From Phoronis australis (Eukaryota; Animalia; Phoronida): a stretch of DNA of 64,000 nt. How positions within the stretch are numbered: the stretch's first letter is position 1; each line of letters opens with the position of its first letter. This document shows positions 1 to 12,744 of the stretch, in pieces. The position numbers were made by a program, and so were the translations under genes. Where the stretch lies: contig NMRA01000264.1 of assembly GCA_002633005.1 (NCBI GenBank), forward strand, positions 442,859 to 506,858, given 5' to 3'. Under the pieces are notes generated by a model. The model was not told where the DNA came from, did no database searches, and saw nothing but the letters and a program-made list of their open reading frames with translations.

Positions 1-372
1 AAAGCTTTAAAGTTCAGAAAGGAGAATCTTAGTATGGTCATATGGGAAAGGAGAAAATTTGTGACGGTAGGTTATCACACTGGTCTAAAATAGGTCCAGA
101 CCAATGTGCTGAACAAGTGTGAACTAACTGTAATGCAAGAGCAGCTTAAGAGTAACTCAAAGCCCAACAGAATTACTTTCTTCCCAGGGTAACTAGGGAG
201 GCTAAGATGGTATCCATGTTTGAGACAATTTTGAAACACTAGGTCAATTAGGTTGAGGTCGTGAACAGTACAAAAACAGTGCAATGAACTTGAACTATAC
301 TCGCCTGGGTTCACGCCCATGTTCAGCTTAACACTCACAAACCGAAATTTTCAAATTAAGTTTCCTTTTTAA

Positions 373-804
373 AGGCGAAGGCAACCTTTTTCATGTCATT
401 TTCAGCAAAAATAGGGTTCGTTGATTATCCCAGACATATTTTTCACTTTTTTACAGCTTTTCGTAATTTAATTAATTACTCGTCGTCTACTCCGGAAGTG
501 ACGTTTTGGGAGGCAAGAATTTCGCGCAAATTTCTTTTCATACAGTCTGACTGTGAGAGCAGTCGAGTCAGTCATTGTTCTACCTCGGTTGTGATAAGTT
601 CGGTCGTCGTTTGCTTTTGTTTACGAGTCAGTCAACATGCCACGCTGTTGCTGCCTACCGAGAAGTACTCATTCTTGCCTCCTAAAACGTCACTTCCGGA
701 GTAGAGGACGAGAAATTAATTAAATTACGAAAAGCTGTAATTAAGTGAAAAATATGTCTGGGATAATCAACAGACCTTATTTTTGCTAAACGTGACATGA
801 AAAA
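373..804. mobile_element. Second copy of the same Kolobok-type MITE, truncated at the N join
   Basis: Near-identical to 2106-2538, including upstream flank; ends at N805. Confidence 0.8.
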
Positions 805-983
805 NTTTGAAAAGACTATCCTTATTAATATTAAAGGCTTATGGTATTAGACAGGAAACTCTAACATTGTAACGTGTAAATATGTATATATGTATTGAAT
901 ACCCGGACATGAAATTGCCACCTATACCAAATGTTGTAATGTAATATGTACAAATGAGATTAGCTCCAAGTGCAATAAACAAC

Positions 984-1004
984 CTCTCTCTCTCTCTCTC
1001 TCTC
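984..1004 (+). repeat. (CT)n microsatellite
   Basis: ctctctctctctctctctctc. Confidence 0.85.
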
Positions 1005-1107
1005 ACTTACGTCATAATAAATAACATTATACCACAATATTAGCTTCAAATGGCAGATAAAACCGTGTAATAACCCATAAAGTTATCTCACTAGTGAGAT
1101 AACGATT

Positions 1108-1192
1108 TGGCGGGAAACCGAGGACGGAGACGAACCCGGGACCTTGGTATCGCTGATCACCGACTTTAACCACTACACCACGCAGCGACTGA
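1108..1192 (-). mobile_element. tRNA-derived SINE head
   Basis: Minus strand A box TGGTGTAGTGG and B box GGTTCGTCTCC with tRNA-like spacing; no proper acceptor stem. Confidence 0.55.
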
Positions 1193-2105
1193 CGTCTATA
1201 TTTATCCTCAATCCTCATCTTGTTTTACTCTGTAACATAGCTCGTGGTGTACCCCGGGCAAATAGATTACAATGAAAACTAATTTTGAATCAGGTCACTT
1301 ACGAATACTTCCCATGATTACGGAATTTATCTCAAATTATTCCTTCGTCAAATTCGAGGAAAATTACTGTCGAAAAAAACTGAGTTTGTTAGATGGTTAT
1401 TGCTTGAGGCCAAGCACTGCAATCTGGCTTGCCATTGGGGGTTGTTTTATGAGCTTCACGTCATCTTAAACAATAATAAACTGCAATTTCTCCAAGCTCA
1501 GAAGCCATGTTCCATTTGCTAAAAATTTGTCCTGAGACCGGACTAGCGAGCAGACCAAAGTTAGTCTGAAAACGCTAGTGCAAAGCGAAAGGTTTGGTGC
1601 GGACTATTTTTATCGGCTGTCCTAAATTGTCTCGCCATGTCACGCCCTTTCGATGTTGGTGCTCACTGTATACTACTTAAATATATATCAAAAGCAAATC
1701 TAACAAGATAAGGAGTGGAGCAACACGCGCACTAACAGTGAAGCTCTAAAGTTCAGAAAGGATAATCTTAGTACGGTCATATGGGAAAGGAGAAAATTTG
1801 TGACGGTGGGTTATCACACTGGTATAAAATAGGTCCAGACCAATGTGCTGAACAAGTGTGAACTAACTGTAATGCAAGAGCAGCTTAAGAGTAACTCAAA
1901 GCCCTACAGAATTACTTTCTTCCCAGGGTAACTAGGGAGGCTAAGATGGTATCCATGTTTGAGACAATTTTGAAACACTAGGCCAATTAGGTTGAGGTCG
2001 TGAACAGTACAAAAACAGTGCAATGAACTATACTCGCCTGGGTTCACGCCCATGTTCAGCTTAACACTCACCAACCGAAATTTTCAAATTAAGTTCCCTT
2101 TTTAA

Positions 2106-2553
2106 AGGCGAAGGCAACCTATTTTCATGTCATTTTCAGCAAAAATAGGGTTCGTTGATTATCCCAGACATATTTTTCACTTTTTTACAGCTTTTCGTAA
2201 TTTAATTAATTACTCGTCGTCTACTCCGGAAGTGACGTTTTGGGAGGCAAGAATTTCGCGCCAATTTCTTTTCATACAGTCTGACTGTGAGAGCAGTCGA
2301 GTCAGTCATTGTTCTACCTCGGTTGTGATAAGTTCGGTCGTCGTTTGCTTTTGTTTACGAGTCAGTCAACATGCCACGCTGTTGCTGCCTGCCGAGAAGT
2401 ACTCATTCTTGCCTCCTAAAACGTCACTTCCGGAGTAGAGGACGAGAAATTAATTAAACTACGAAAAGCTGTAATTAAGTGAAAAATATGTCTGGGATAA
2501 TCAACAGACCTTATTTTTGCTAAACGTGACATGAAAAAAGGTTGCCTTCGCCT
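2106..2553. mobile_element. Kolobok-type non-autonomous DNA transposon (MITE), TTAA TSD, ~145-bp imperfect TIRs
   Basis: TTAA|AGGCGAAGGCAACC...GGTTGCCTTCGCCT|TTAA. RR termini with a TTAA TSD are Kolobok hallmarks. The homologous intron has a single TTAA at 23260-23263. Confidence 0.85.
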
Positions 2554-2908
2554 TTAACACCCATGCTCAGATTAATGTCCACCCCCAATTTCTGCGATAA
2601 AACTTTCTTGGCAGTGACCGTCTAATTTGAATTTTATTTCCCAAAACATACAAAATACGCTCAACCAGACATTCTACCAATGTTTTATGTAACTCATACA
2701 CACTAAGTCAATGTAGCTCCCTGGACGTTAACCCAGAAGAGAGCAGTAATTATTCCTATCCAGTTTTAAAAGCTGCCAGAGGATGAACCGTATTCTAGTT
2801 GTAAGGCTTCTGAGAACAACAAGTAGCCTTGAGCAAGAAAAAATTGTAATGTTACCAGACGAGAATTACGCTGACAGAGGTAATGTCAAAGGTCACATAT
2901 TAACATAC

Positions 2909-5900
2909 CATGTAATGTAGACAAAGTGTACAGTACTGAGCTGATCCATGACATCAGTCACTCTGTATAGCCCATACATAATTGCATCGTCCTCCAGTAA
3001 TGCTGCAAGCTCATTCACTCCCTCACTACCCGAACCAATCAAGGTCAATGGTTTCTTTAAGTCCTTATCTTCATAACCAACAAGCACCCAGTTGGTGTTT
3101 GTGCCATCATCTCTGACATCAGCTATTCCAGAAGGCACTTCAGGGTTAAAGGTCACATCTGCTCCCTTCTTGCTGAAACCATGCATTGCACTGTTGACAT
3201 TTGGAGGTTTACTTACAGGCACCGAGGTAAAGCCACGATGCTGGGATAATGCAGAGCTGTCAGTTTCATCCAAAACTTTGGCCTTGGTACCACTTGATTC
3301 AGAAATCTACAAACAACATGTTTTAGTACAACACAGTGTAGGCAGGTTCATGTTTTTTTTCTTTAGACATTACATTCTTAATTGTTCTTCTCAAATGTTT
3401 TTTGAAATATTTGATTTTTGGTGGCTTAAAGAAATTACTTTTACCAATTAAAATGATTCTTTAACCTTCTATTATTATATTTTAAAATTTTCGCAAGTGC
3501 AGCAAACAAGAACGATGCAAAACGTTTAACTGTCCCCATGACTGCACGCGAACGGTATCATAGACTTCCAGTGGTGTTTGTTAGTAAATGCAATATAAAA
3601 ACAAAAATGGCACCAGGAGGCACAGCATAAGTCAAATCCATTTGAAACAAAACAAGTGCTGTCATCTCCTTGATGAAAACTTATTTGTCAAATTTCGTGA
3701 ACGTCCATCAAGTAACTAGGTAGGTTTTAAGTCGCAGGCATAAAGCAAGATTCTGCCACTAGGGGTGCCGCAGTAGTTGAGCCTGTCCAAAAATCTACAT
3801 CAGTTATGACCATCTCAATAGAAACGCATCAGATGTACAGTTCATGTGAATCCATCAAGCGCTTTAATGAAGGATGCCAAAATGGATTCAAAACTTGAAA
3901 AGTCAGAATTGATTTTTTGTCTTTAGCATTTTTCTAAACGCTTTATCCGTTGTCTACTCGTGCAGACTCGGCATTATGTCTTTTATCTCGGTTCGAGTGG
4001 CTCTAGCTTGGTTTCCTTGAAACGGGCTAAGCCACCAGTACACTGATTTTTTGTCAAAACCTAAAAGCTCTCTTTAAGCTAGAGGCTCCAGAACACTAGA
4101 TGGCTAAATGCAATTGGCATATCAAGGATTTTAAAAAGTATTATTAAGTCATATCGCTACCAAGTCGGGTGGACGATAGCCAGAAATTCAGCACTTAACT
4201 GGTGCCAATACATCAGAAACCACTGAATTACCGTGTCTAGATAATAAGCTGAGCAGGTTAGTTCATGGCATTCTCAGAATCTTGCTCTGAAATTTATCGT
4301 AAGTGTGAGCGTTATGATTCTTACTTTAGCTTTAATAGCAGCATCAGTAATGTCGTCTTTATTGTTGAAACACTCAGAAGCATGATAGGGAGCAAAGAGC
4401 TTCTCAACGCTACCACTGACAACACCATATTTTCCTCTTTTGGTGAATGAAATTTTCATACCAGACCTGAAATACATCCACAGTTATGAAAGTTAGAAAA
4501 TCAAGTGCGACATAGTCTTAAATACGCTGGTACGAAGAAAAACACTCATCTAAAGATTATTTTTAAACTACGATTTGAGACATGGATCACTTGATAGAGG
4601 TAGGAAGAAAAAGACGCCAAGTCAGAAGCTTTGTTATATTCAATAAAAAACCCGTAAGAATTCACTTATATAGTGATGCTTATCCATTGTTTCAACAACT
4701 GATGGTTGCCTTAAAACAGAATAGTTTGCGAACATGTTACAACAAATTCATAATGAATTGAAAAAATGATTCTTGAACTATAATATAGAAAAGTGTTAGT
4801 ACCGGGGTTTTCCTTCTGGTGTCAAGTATCCAGCTAGTGGGGCGTTTATTCGGAAATTTTCCTCTTAAAAGCCCACTCCCAGTAAACTTTTTGTCACAAA
4901 TTTAGTTTTATGGAGCATTTACATATAAAAGCGAACAAGGTGTTGGCGAATTATACATTTATTAATACAGATTTTAAAAAGACAGTTTTAAGTAAAAAAT
5001 GTCGAAGTCAGCAAAACTATGACTTTCAGTTTACACACCCTCCTTTCCGATTAAACGCCAGGTCGTTTATTTGGTGTTAGTACAACGCCCGTTAACTTTG
5101 GGTTTCCGAATACACACCCATGGGCTTATCTACGGAAAATCCCGGTAGTACCAGTAGTATCAGCATACCAGGAGTAATAGCGGCGGTGGTTACAGAAAAC
5201 CAGATTTGTCAGTTTTGAAGGGAATTCCCCAACTAATCACGTGCTCACAAACAGAAATTAATATATTCCATTGTAGACTGAAGGTCCTACCATTTCATAT
5301 ATATGAACTTGACTGTCTTGGAGTTGTCTATATCTTCGTCTATTCTTAACAGAACGTACATCATCTGTGCATCGTCTAGCTGGGAAACAAGTTCCTTACA
5401 ACCTCCTTTACCTAAAGGAGATGAACGCGTCAATAGAGATAAATAAACAAAGACACAGAAAAATCCCTCAAGTTCGGAATGTCATTCCAATCGAGGTTTT
5501 GAAACCTGAATACAAACACAACTTTTTCTTGGTAATCACAAGGAAAGGCTGTTTTTCCAGTTGAAAGCATTTCCGACACTTTAGATGTACATTAAATTCA
5601 ATTATAAAATAACTTGATATATTTAGAGATTTCAGCTGCCTGATTCTATTTTTGAAGAAATAACCAAATTTCCAGTGTGCTACTACAAAACCGTTCACTG
5701 TACATAACACAAACTTTCAAGAGGACTCCCAAATGTGTACAGCAGTTGATATTTTTAAAAATATACTTAATTCAGGATCCATTATTTGTTCGCTTTAACT
5801 GTTTTTTTTTGTGGAGGTGTTCATTTTTACACTGAAGCGTTGAAAAATAACAAAATTGCAAATTTCACTTCTTCAATGATGTATTTTGATCTGAAACAGT

Positions 5901-8900
5901 GANCAGGTCTTTTGAGCGTCTCGTCAGTCAAAGGTGTGGTATCTAAAACTGTGTGGATTTGGTGAATTGTTTATGGATGTGGAAAATAAATACTGTGCCC
6001 AAAGGCGGCAAATTGATTGGCTATTGAATGAGTTGATCTGTCGTCCGCTCCCTAGTTACAGAAATATGTGAGTTTAGGGCGAGCGCAGACAAAGAGCTGA
6101 GCGTCTCGAATGCAAATTAGCTCAGCTCATAGCTCATGCATGCGGTAAAATAAACTGTGAGGAATTTCCCTCTCTCGGTGGCGAGGCAAATATCAATCAT
6201 AATCATCTATCATCATCATTTAATTTACTGACCTGTAGCAATTGCTACCCAGCCACAGCTTTAGGTTATAACTATTTCAAAGCGAACATACAGAAAAGGC
6301 AACGCATACATGAACACAATGACAAAAAGAACAGAAAAGAAAATCAGACCCACCTTCCCAATCATTATTGATTAAGTAGAAAATAACAACTTTTTTCTCC
6401 TGGTAAATGCATTATAAATGAAACTAATAAGTAGTTTACCGACAGTGGCGTTTGCATAGGCGGATTTAGGGGGGGAGGGGGGCAGAGGGCCTGCTCCCCC
6501 CCTTGGCTGCCGTAAGCAAAAATGGAACAGCAACAGTGTGAAGCGAGCGCGAGGAAATATTGAATAAGCCACTAGGACGCGGAATAAGCGGTACCACAGA
6601 TCGCGGCGTTCCCGTTTTACGAACAGAAGCTTCACATACCCGGCTCCCGCACCTTCGGGCCTGTGCTCCACATACAATCGCGCTTTGCCCAATTCCCCGA
6701 AACAACGTGTTGGCCCCACCTTATGGTATCCTAGATCCGCCACTGCGTTTGTCATCAAGAAAACAAACTTCTTCTGAATTTCTAGCTCACCAAACGAGGG
6801 GAAGACCAACATGACCTCTGCAAATAACTCGGTCCCGAGATCACTGTAGAGATTGCACGAGCAAAAGAAATGTATTTCATTCTCAACACATGAGGCAGTA
6901 CAAAAACGCTCCTCAACCGGAGTAAAAATACTGAAACGGCCAGTTTCCACTTTCAGCGGCAATACTCCACATCTAAATTGAGGAAAGATGGATTTCTCTT
7001 CTCTAGACTATGCTCATTTTTAAATAAACTTCTGTTTGATAATTAGTTTTAACTAATTCATAACTTCTTAGCTTGGGTTTGCTCAAAGTTTCCGCCCTTC
7101 ATTCAGACTCGGAAAGATTCATCAATTTCATTTTGGCATTTCCAGATCACAAGCTGACCTTTGATAAAATGCTTTAATATGATCAACCTCAGTAAAAATT
7201 TGAAAAACACTTTCTGACCAATTCTCCTTTCTGTACGTGAGGTCCCAGTAAAATACTTACTTTGTGAGATGATTATCAGGCATGCAAATAAGTCTATCAT
7301 AGAGTCGTAATATACACAATTTCCTGCGAACAATACTAGGTATCCACCCCATATTTCCATTCATCGCCGTGATTGCTATAAATTTGTGAACCTCAAGAAA
7401 GTATCGAATGGCCCAATTTTGGATTGAATCACACTGCTGAAAAAAGCCCTGTCCCCCAAACACCAGAGCAATAATCAAATATCGGGGTAACACGCGCATC
7501 ATATAATGTGGTGTATATCGTGAACCCAACATCGCGCACGCGCTTGAATTTAGAGACCATATCACCAACTGCACGACCATAAGACGCTGCTGGTAGGGCA
7601 GCGGTTTGTTTAAATTGCAAAGGTTCATCAAAAAGGACACATAAATATTTATACTGACTTACAAAAGAGAGCGGGTTATTCGCATAATTGAAGACAAGTT
7701 TGTTCTGCCTCACCCGGTGCTTACGAAAATGCATAACTTCAGTTTTACTCAAATTCAGCTCCATCCTCCATTGTTAACACCAAGTGTGCAAAAGATCCAA
7801 CATGGCCTGCGTTATCTTGTTCACGTGACGAGAGTAAGGCAATGTCGTCAGCATACAACATGGAGCTAATTATATTATTTCCTATAGAGATACCAAGGTT
7901 GAACCGATTCAGTTCATCAAAAAAGTCATTTATAAAAAGACTGAAAAGAGTCGGAGAAAGTGTATCACCCTGGCGTACACCAAGAAGTTTACAGAATAAT
8001 AAATCCCTATCTTCACGGTCAATTGCCTTCTACATATCAACAAATGTTACAAATGTGGGAAGATTTTCATTTTTCCTGTTTTGAATTATAGACGCCAATG
8101 AAAAGACATGGTCGACACATGATCTACCTTTCCGAAAACCGTTTTGCTCATCAGCAAGCAGACTATACTTCTCAACTTAAGACGATAACCTGGCATTCAG
8201 AATACCACTATAAATTTTATAAACACAGGAAAGCAGGCTGATTCCCCTATATAATAATATAACGGAACACGAGGATCCTTGTCTGAACCTTTCGGAATTG
8301 GAATAATATTGGCTTTCAACCACAGTGAGGGGACATACCGCGAAACAAAAATAGCTAGTCATAGTTTATGTAAAGCAGCACCGCGTTGGGGATATGGCCA
8401 AAACCCATCACTTTGTTGGGCTTTGGCTTGGATATAATTCTCCGAACTTCTTGCACAGTTATGTCAAAGTTTTGTTCGTCACTGCACATGTAATCAGGGG
8501 ACGGCATTAAAGCTTCAATGTATTCTTTGGCTTGTAAACTGTTGTTACAGTATTCATCATCAAATGAAAATTCAGGAGCAAAATCTAAGTAAAGGGAAAG
8601 TTCAGATTCGTGCAAACTGAATTAACTTCATCATGAATCTCGAAAGGCACAGTTTTATTAATTCTTGGACCAAGTCCCTTGATATTATCACAGAATACCT
8701 GCGGATTGTCAGTATCGAGATTTTCGATCTGCTCCATTAAGCTTTTGTTATAAGCTCTTTCAGTTTTTCTCAAAAGTTTGTCAAAATTGTTTTGGGAATT
8801 TTTAAACACTTTTCTAGGTTCTTTCTTAACTGCTCTATTCCCTTTACACTTCAAAAATTCTTTTTCCTTGTGGCACATCAATGTTCATGATACAGATAAT

Positions 8901-11249
8901 TGTGTATTCCAATAAGGCTTGTAGTTCTTGATTTTTTGCGTGAACGTTTACCAACATCCTTATACCGGAGATGGGTGTCCATTTGTGAAAATAAGTTATT
9001 GCAAAAACAATCATAAGCCATGTTTACAGTTTCCTGATTTTCACTTCTTGAATTTGCCTCTCTAATGGCTCCCTGAAATTCCGGTGAACTCAAAAAGTTC
9101 TCAGGCTAAAAGCCTTTTTGAGCACAATTTTGCATCTCGGTCGAGATAGAAAATCATCGACTATTCCCGTCTAATCCGTGACTTGAGTGAACGATTCCTG
9201 ACTGACAGTCATCTCCTATAAAACGAATTGATATCACCGTTAGCATCAATGCCGGAGTTGTTACTTTGTTTGGTTGTTTTGGATTCTCATTTTGGTTCTT
9301 TTCATACAAATTTGATTATCTATTGTCTAAATTTTACCTGTTCTTTGCATATGACGAATGGTATTTAATGCATAACCATAAGTTTGTGAAGTACGTAGCA
9401 TTTTTCGCTGCCAACACTCGGCTACTGAGGTCACCCTGATCCAACGCGAGCCGGATACGTCAAATTTCAGCAACAGTACCCGTTTAAATCAGAGGAAAAA
9501 TTCTAGATGAGAAAATGTCTTATTTTTATTTCATGATCGTGAAGCTGATGCCAAGTACGTACCAGCCTGGTGGGAGCAATTGCCGTGTGACTACCCTGAC
9601 GTTTGAACGCATTTCTGCGACTTGGCAGCAAATCGGCACCGGCTTTACTGGCCGTTAAGAATGTAAAATAGAAGAAGAAGAAGAAGAAAAAAAAAACATC
9701 CACAGAAGGCTATGGTACAACAAACAAAATCTAGTTTTATTTCAAATCAGTCAGCTCCGCACCTCAACAACAGGCACCTGTGCTTGATTTTGCTGCCAAG
9801 ACACAGTAACTGGCGAAGCAATTCCCTTGCAGTTGCCGTGACTCTTCGCCAGGAAAATAATCACTGGCTAAATTGACTTCTGATTTCAATTATTAGGGAA
9901 AATGTATTTTAAAACGTGACAAAAACTTACAATATACCTCTGTTGTCTAGTAAATTAAAAATTCCGCGATTGAAAACGCAAACGGGAGGAGAAGTGTAGT
10001 CAATGAGCTGAATGTCGGAAATGGGAAAATATTGCAGTGTTAGGAGCATGACGCAGTATTTGTCATACAATATTCCCCCATTCGAGCCGGTTGGCTCCCG
10101 CGCCGCCGGGCAGTAGCTTATGCGAATGCTTTTGGGAAAGCGGGGAATTATTTACTGTATATTTAGTATACAGCTTTACGCACAAAGGTTAGTTATTATG
10201 ATGCTTCACCCGAGAGTCAAAATTCCAGTTTTTTTTACTTGACTAAAGCGTCAAATTGGAGTGTCCTGTACCGCACAATCGGCATCAATCCCCGGCGGTC
10301 ATGTTCAGTCTCCGGCGGTCCTGTTGTTTTGGTGGGGTTGTCATGTTTTCAGGAGCGTCGGTCCAATTTTCTGGTGCGGCGGTCCCATCTGATCCCCGTA
10401 GGTCCTGTTTTGTGGTGAGTCAGTCCGATTTGGAGGCGCGGTGGTCATGTTGTTTCCCACCCGCTGTTAACTTCGATCCAGGACAGAAGTTAACCATTCA
10501 TACTGACCGCAATTCCCTCAACATATTGACCCGTAGACGTTAGTATGAAAGGGTCTTAAAGAGGCATGGAACGCAAAAAACTCGTCAAAAATATCTTTTA
10601 AACAACTCCTGAGGAAAGTACCATCTCGCAACGTCTAGTACAGCGTAATTCCCTTTCCCCTGTGAAGAAATTTCCATAAAAAACACAAAATTCACAATTT
10701 TTGAAATACTGGTAACCACAGAGTTTGTAATTCCTCCCACTTATGATAAATGCGTACATGCACTCAAAATCAGCTGCTAGCTTGGAGACGTTTTTTTTAC
10801 AGGTCACGTTTTCCGTAATATGGGAAATGTACGTCTATGTCTTGCCATACCAAATAAGGCGACGTCCTTTAATTGCCTTGTGGCAGAAAAATCGCCGAAG
10901 TAGCGAACAGTTGACTGATCGCTTTGTGAAAATTGAAAGTAAAAGAAACTGTTTTGATATAAACAGAAATTAAATATATTTGCGAACAAACCCTAAAATT
11001 ACCTGGTGAACACGTTGAATTCTGTTTCAGTGACAGAGAACCACTTTCAATATTGTAATTTAGTCTGTTTAATGTGTTCCAGTCCTCTTCAAGATACATA
11101 CCTTCAGCAACCACGTCTATTTCGTTGGGATTGTTATCCACATGGCCAATAATGACGAAAGAGCCATCAACAGCCCAACTGTCGTCACGCACTTTCTGAA
11201 ATGCCTCCTTAAATCGTCCTTCATCAGCAACTTTAACTTCAGTGGACAT
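2909..11249 (-). CDS. Tandem paralogue of the double ADF-H gene (first four coding exons intact; last two not found in window)
   Basis: Exons (minus): 11249-11102 (148 nt), 5411-5291 (121), 4466-4325 (142), 3306-2909 (398). Sizes and phases match the 22-28 kb gene, splice sites are GT-AG and there are no stops. Translation MSTEVKVADEGRFKEAFQKVRDD.../GKGGCKELVSQLDDAQMMYVLLR.../SGMKISFTKRGKYGVV.../ISESSGTKAKVLDETD...TVHFVYITW. No homologue of the second 142-nt exon or the terminal exon was seen in 1-2900. Confidence 0.8.
4797..5150. mobile_element. TA-flanked MITE
   Basis: TIRs tagtaccggggttttcc / ggaaaatcccggtagta. Confidence 0.55.
6190..9100 (-). mobile_element. Degenerate 5'-truncated non-LTR retrotransposon (LINE) ORF2/RT in an intron of the paralogue
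   Basis: Minus-strand RT motifs YRGISLLSCVYKIYSGILNARL, EQNGFRKGRSCVDHVFSL, GVRQGDTLSPTLFSLFIND, LYADDIALL (~7835-7860), LNLSKTEVMHFR, YKYL and C-terminal LPLKVETGRF..EERFC..VENEIHFFCSC. Many frameshifts and deletions. A 3' hairpin (gtagcaattgctac) and (GAT)n-like tail lie near 6190-6250. Clade not determined. Confidence 0.9.
6455..6745. mobile_element. hAT-like MITE nested in the LINE
   Basis: Termini CATAGGCGGATTT / AGATCCGCCACTG, poly-G/poly-C interior, flanked by a CGTTTG direct repeat (6449-6454, 6746-6751); interrupts the LINE C-terminal coding sequence. Confidence 0.8.
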
Positions 11250-11693
11250 TGTGTTGAAGCCTGAAACACATGAGAATCTGGTTATCCTGGCCAGTTTTGT
11301 CTCGATTGTTTTGAGTTTATGAAAGAGGAGTCCTTCATTTTTTCGCATAAACTGTATTCAAAATTGCTAACTGCCTTTCTGCAGATAATGGAAACTTTGC
11401 CAAATGTCTCGCGTTACGACATCTACTCAGTACAAACCATGCTAAGAAGAAGGTACGCCATTGTCCTGTAAACGACATGCTGACATTGTATATCCTGAAG
11501 CTTTGTGTGCGTTTTTTCGATCGTGTTATCTTCATACCAGCAACATTTTCATAAAGAGCCATATGGTGTTTGTGGAGTCAAGTTTTCTATACCCACCAAA
11601 ATACTCCACTCTGAGCACGTGCATGGCTGACATGAATTACCAAACTTGACAAATGACTGGATTTGTCACAATATTTTCTGGCAAAGTACGTAC

Positions 11694-11810
11694 CTTAATC
11701 TGATCAAACACTGAGCTTTGCTTGAACAAAAACGGGCACAGAATGGTGTTCTATTAATTCTGCCAACTGAGAACGCTAGCTAGACGCGTAAACCGTCTAT
11801 AAATAAATAT
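11694..11810 (-). promoter_or_regulatory. Possible TATA/Inr promoter and non-coding first exon of the paralogue (also duplicated near 15940-16050)
   Basis: Minus strand TATTTATAG (11805-11797), then TCAGTT initiator-like motif (11770-11765), then donor aag|gtacgt at 11693. Confidence 0.3.
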
Positions 11811-12744
11811 GTACCAGACGACACTTCGTTACTTGTTTTGTGTTTTCTCACAGTGATGCAACAACGAAAGCGCCTAGAGACTATTGCACGTATCCGCCTC
11901 ATTTGACAATATATTTTAGTACCAGTTCAACGATTACGTAAGCCTGTCTGGCGTAGTAACTTCAAATCTATTCTAAGGATGATTGTGAAAACTGGCATAT
12001 ATGTTCTTACTGCGAAGAAGACGGCTGACGAAGATTTTCCGACGACTTTGACTAACGTGGCGCCTTCTATAATGGTAGTTTTTTGCGTCCCTGGCTGTAT
12101 CTCCTGAACTCACTGCAGGATCTTTTTTACATTTACCAAGTGTATTTGTATTGAAATTGACTACGGACGACGACGACCAATTGGGAACGGATCCGACGAA
12201 CGCTGTGCCCTCTAGTGGCAATTTCATTTTCCCGTTTTCATGTGATTCTTTGAAGTTCTTTGTTGGATTTTTATGAAATTTGGAAAATAGCTTTCCATTA
12301 AAGTAACGGTGGCCTGTTTCCATTTTCGGATGGATTCGACGTAATTTGCGCAATCTAGTGATCATTTTTGCTGTGTTTAGTCTGTTTTCGGTGTCCTCCC
12401 CTCTTTCAACCAAACCACTTTAAGGAAGATTTGAAAAATTGGCGTTTGTGTTTCTGCTGTGAAGAAGGACGGCTGGTGATTTTCAGACGACTTGGACTAC
12501 TGTGGCCGGTGCCTCCTAAGTGGCAGTGTTTTGCATGTCTATGGTTGTCTCCCAAGCCCTCTACAGGATCATTATTAAATTTATCAAGTGTATGTATATG
12601 AAGTTGACAATGCCGGGCAACTATGATGCTTGGACGGATCCGACTACCACTGTGCCCCCTGTGCAATTTTATCATTTTAGATGTCATCTGTATCTTTGAA
12701 TCTCCTTGGCAGATTTCAACTACCGCCGTGGTTCCTAATAACAN

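Larger units (their letters stand above)
1..2538 (+). repeat. Near-identical segment pair 1-804 / ~1741-2538, first copy ending at N805
   Basis: Direct comparison shows only scattered SNPs and small indels. Confidence 0.9.

Noticed and set aside
393-704. Repeated 103-aa ORF (also 2127-2438)
   Set aside because: It lies wholly within a MITE and runs through the TIRs; no transposase motifs.
1108-1192. Possible tRNA gene (also 46624-46700)
   Set aside because: A and B boxes are present but the acceptor and anticodon stems do not pair; treated as SINE heads.
6372-6962. 196-aa ORF as a novel protein
   Set aside because: It is a chimeric read-through of the LINE ORF2 C-terminus and the inserted MITE.
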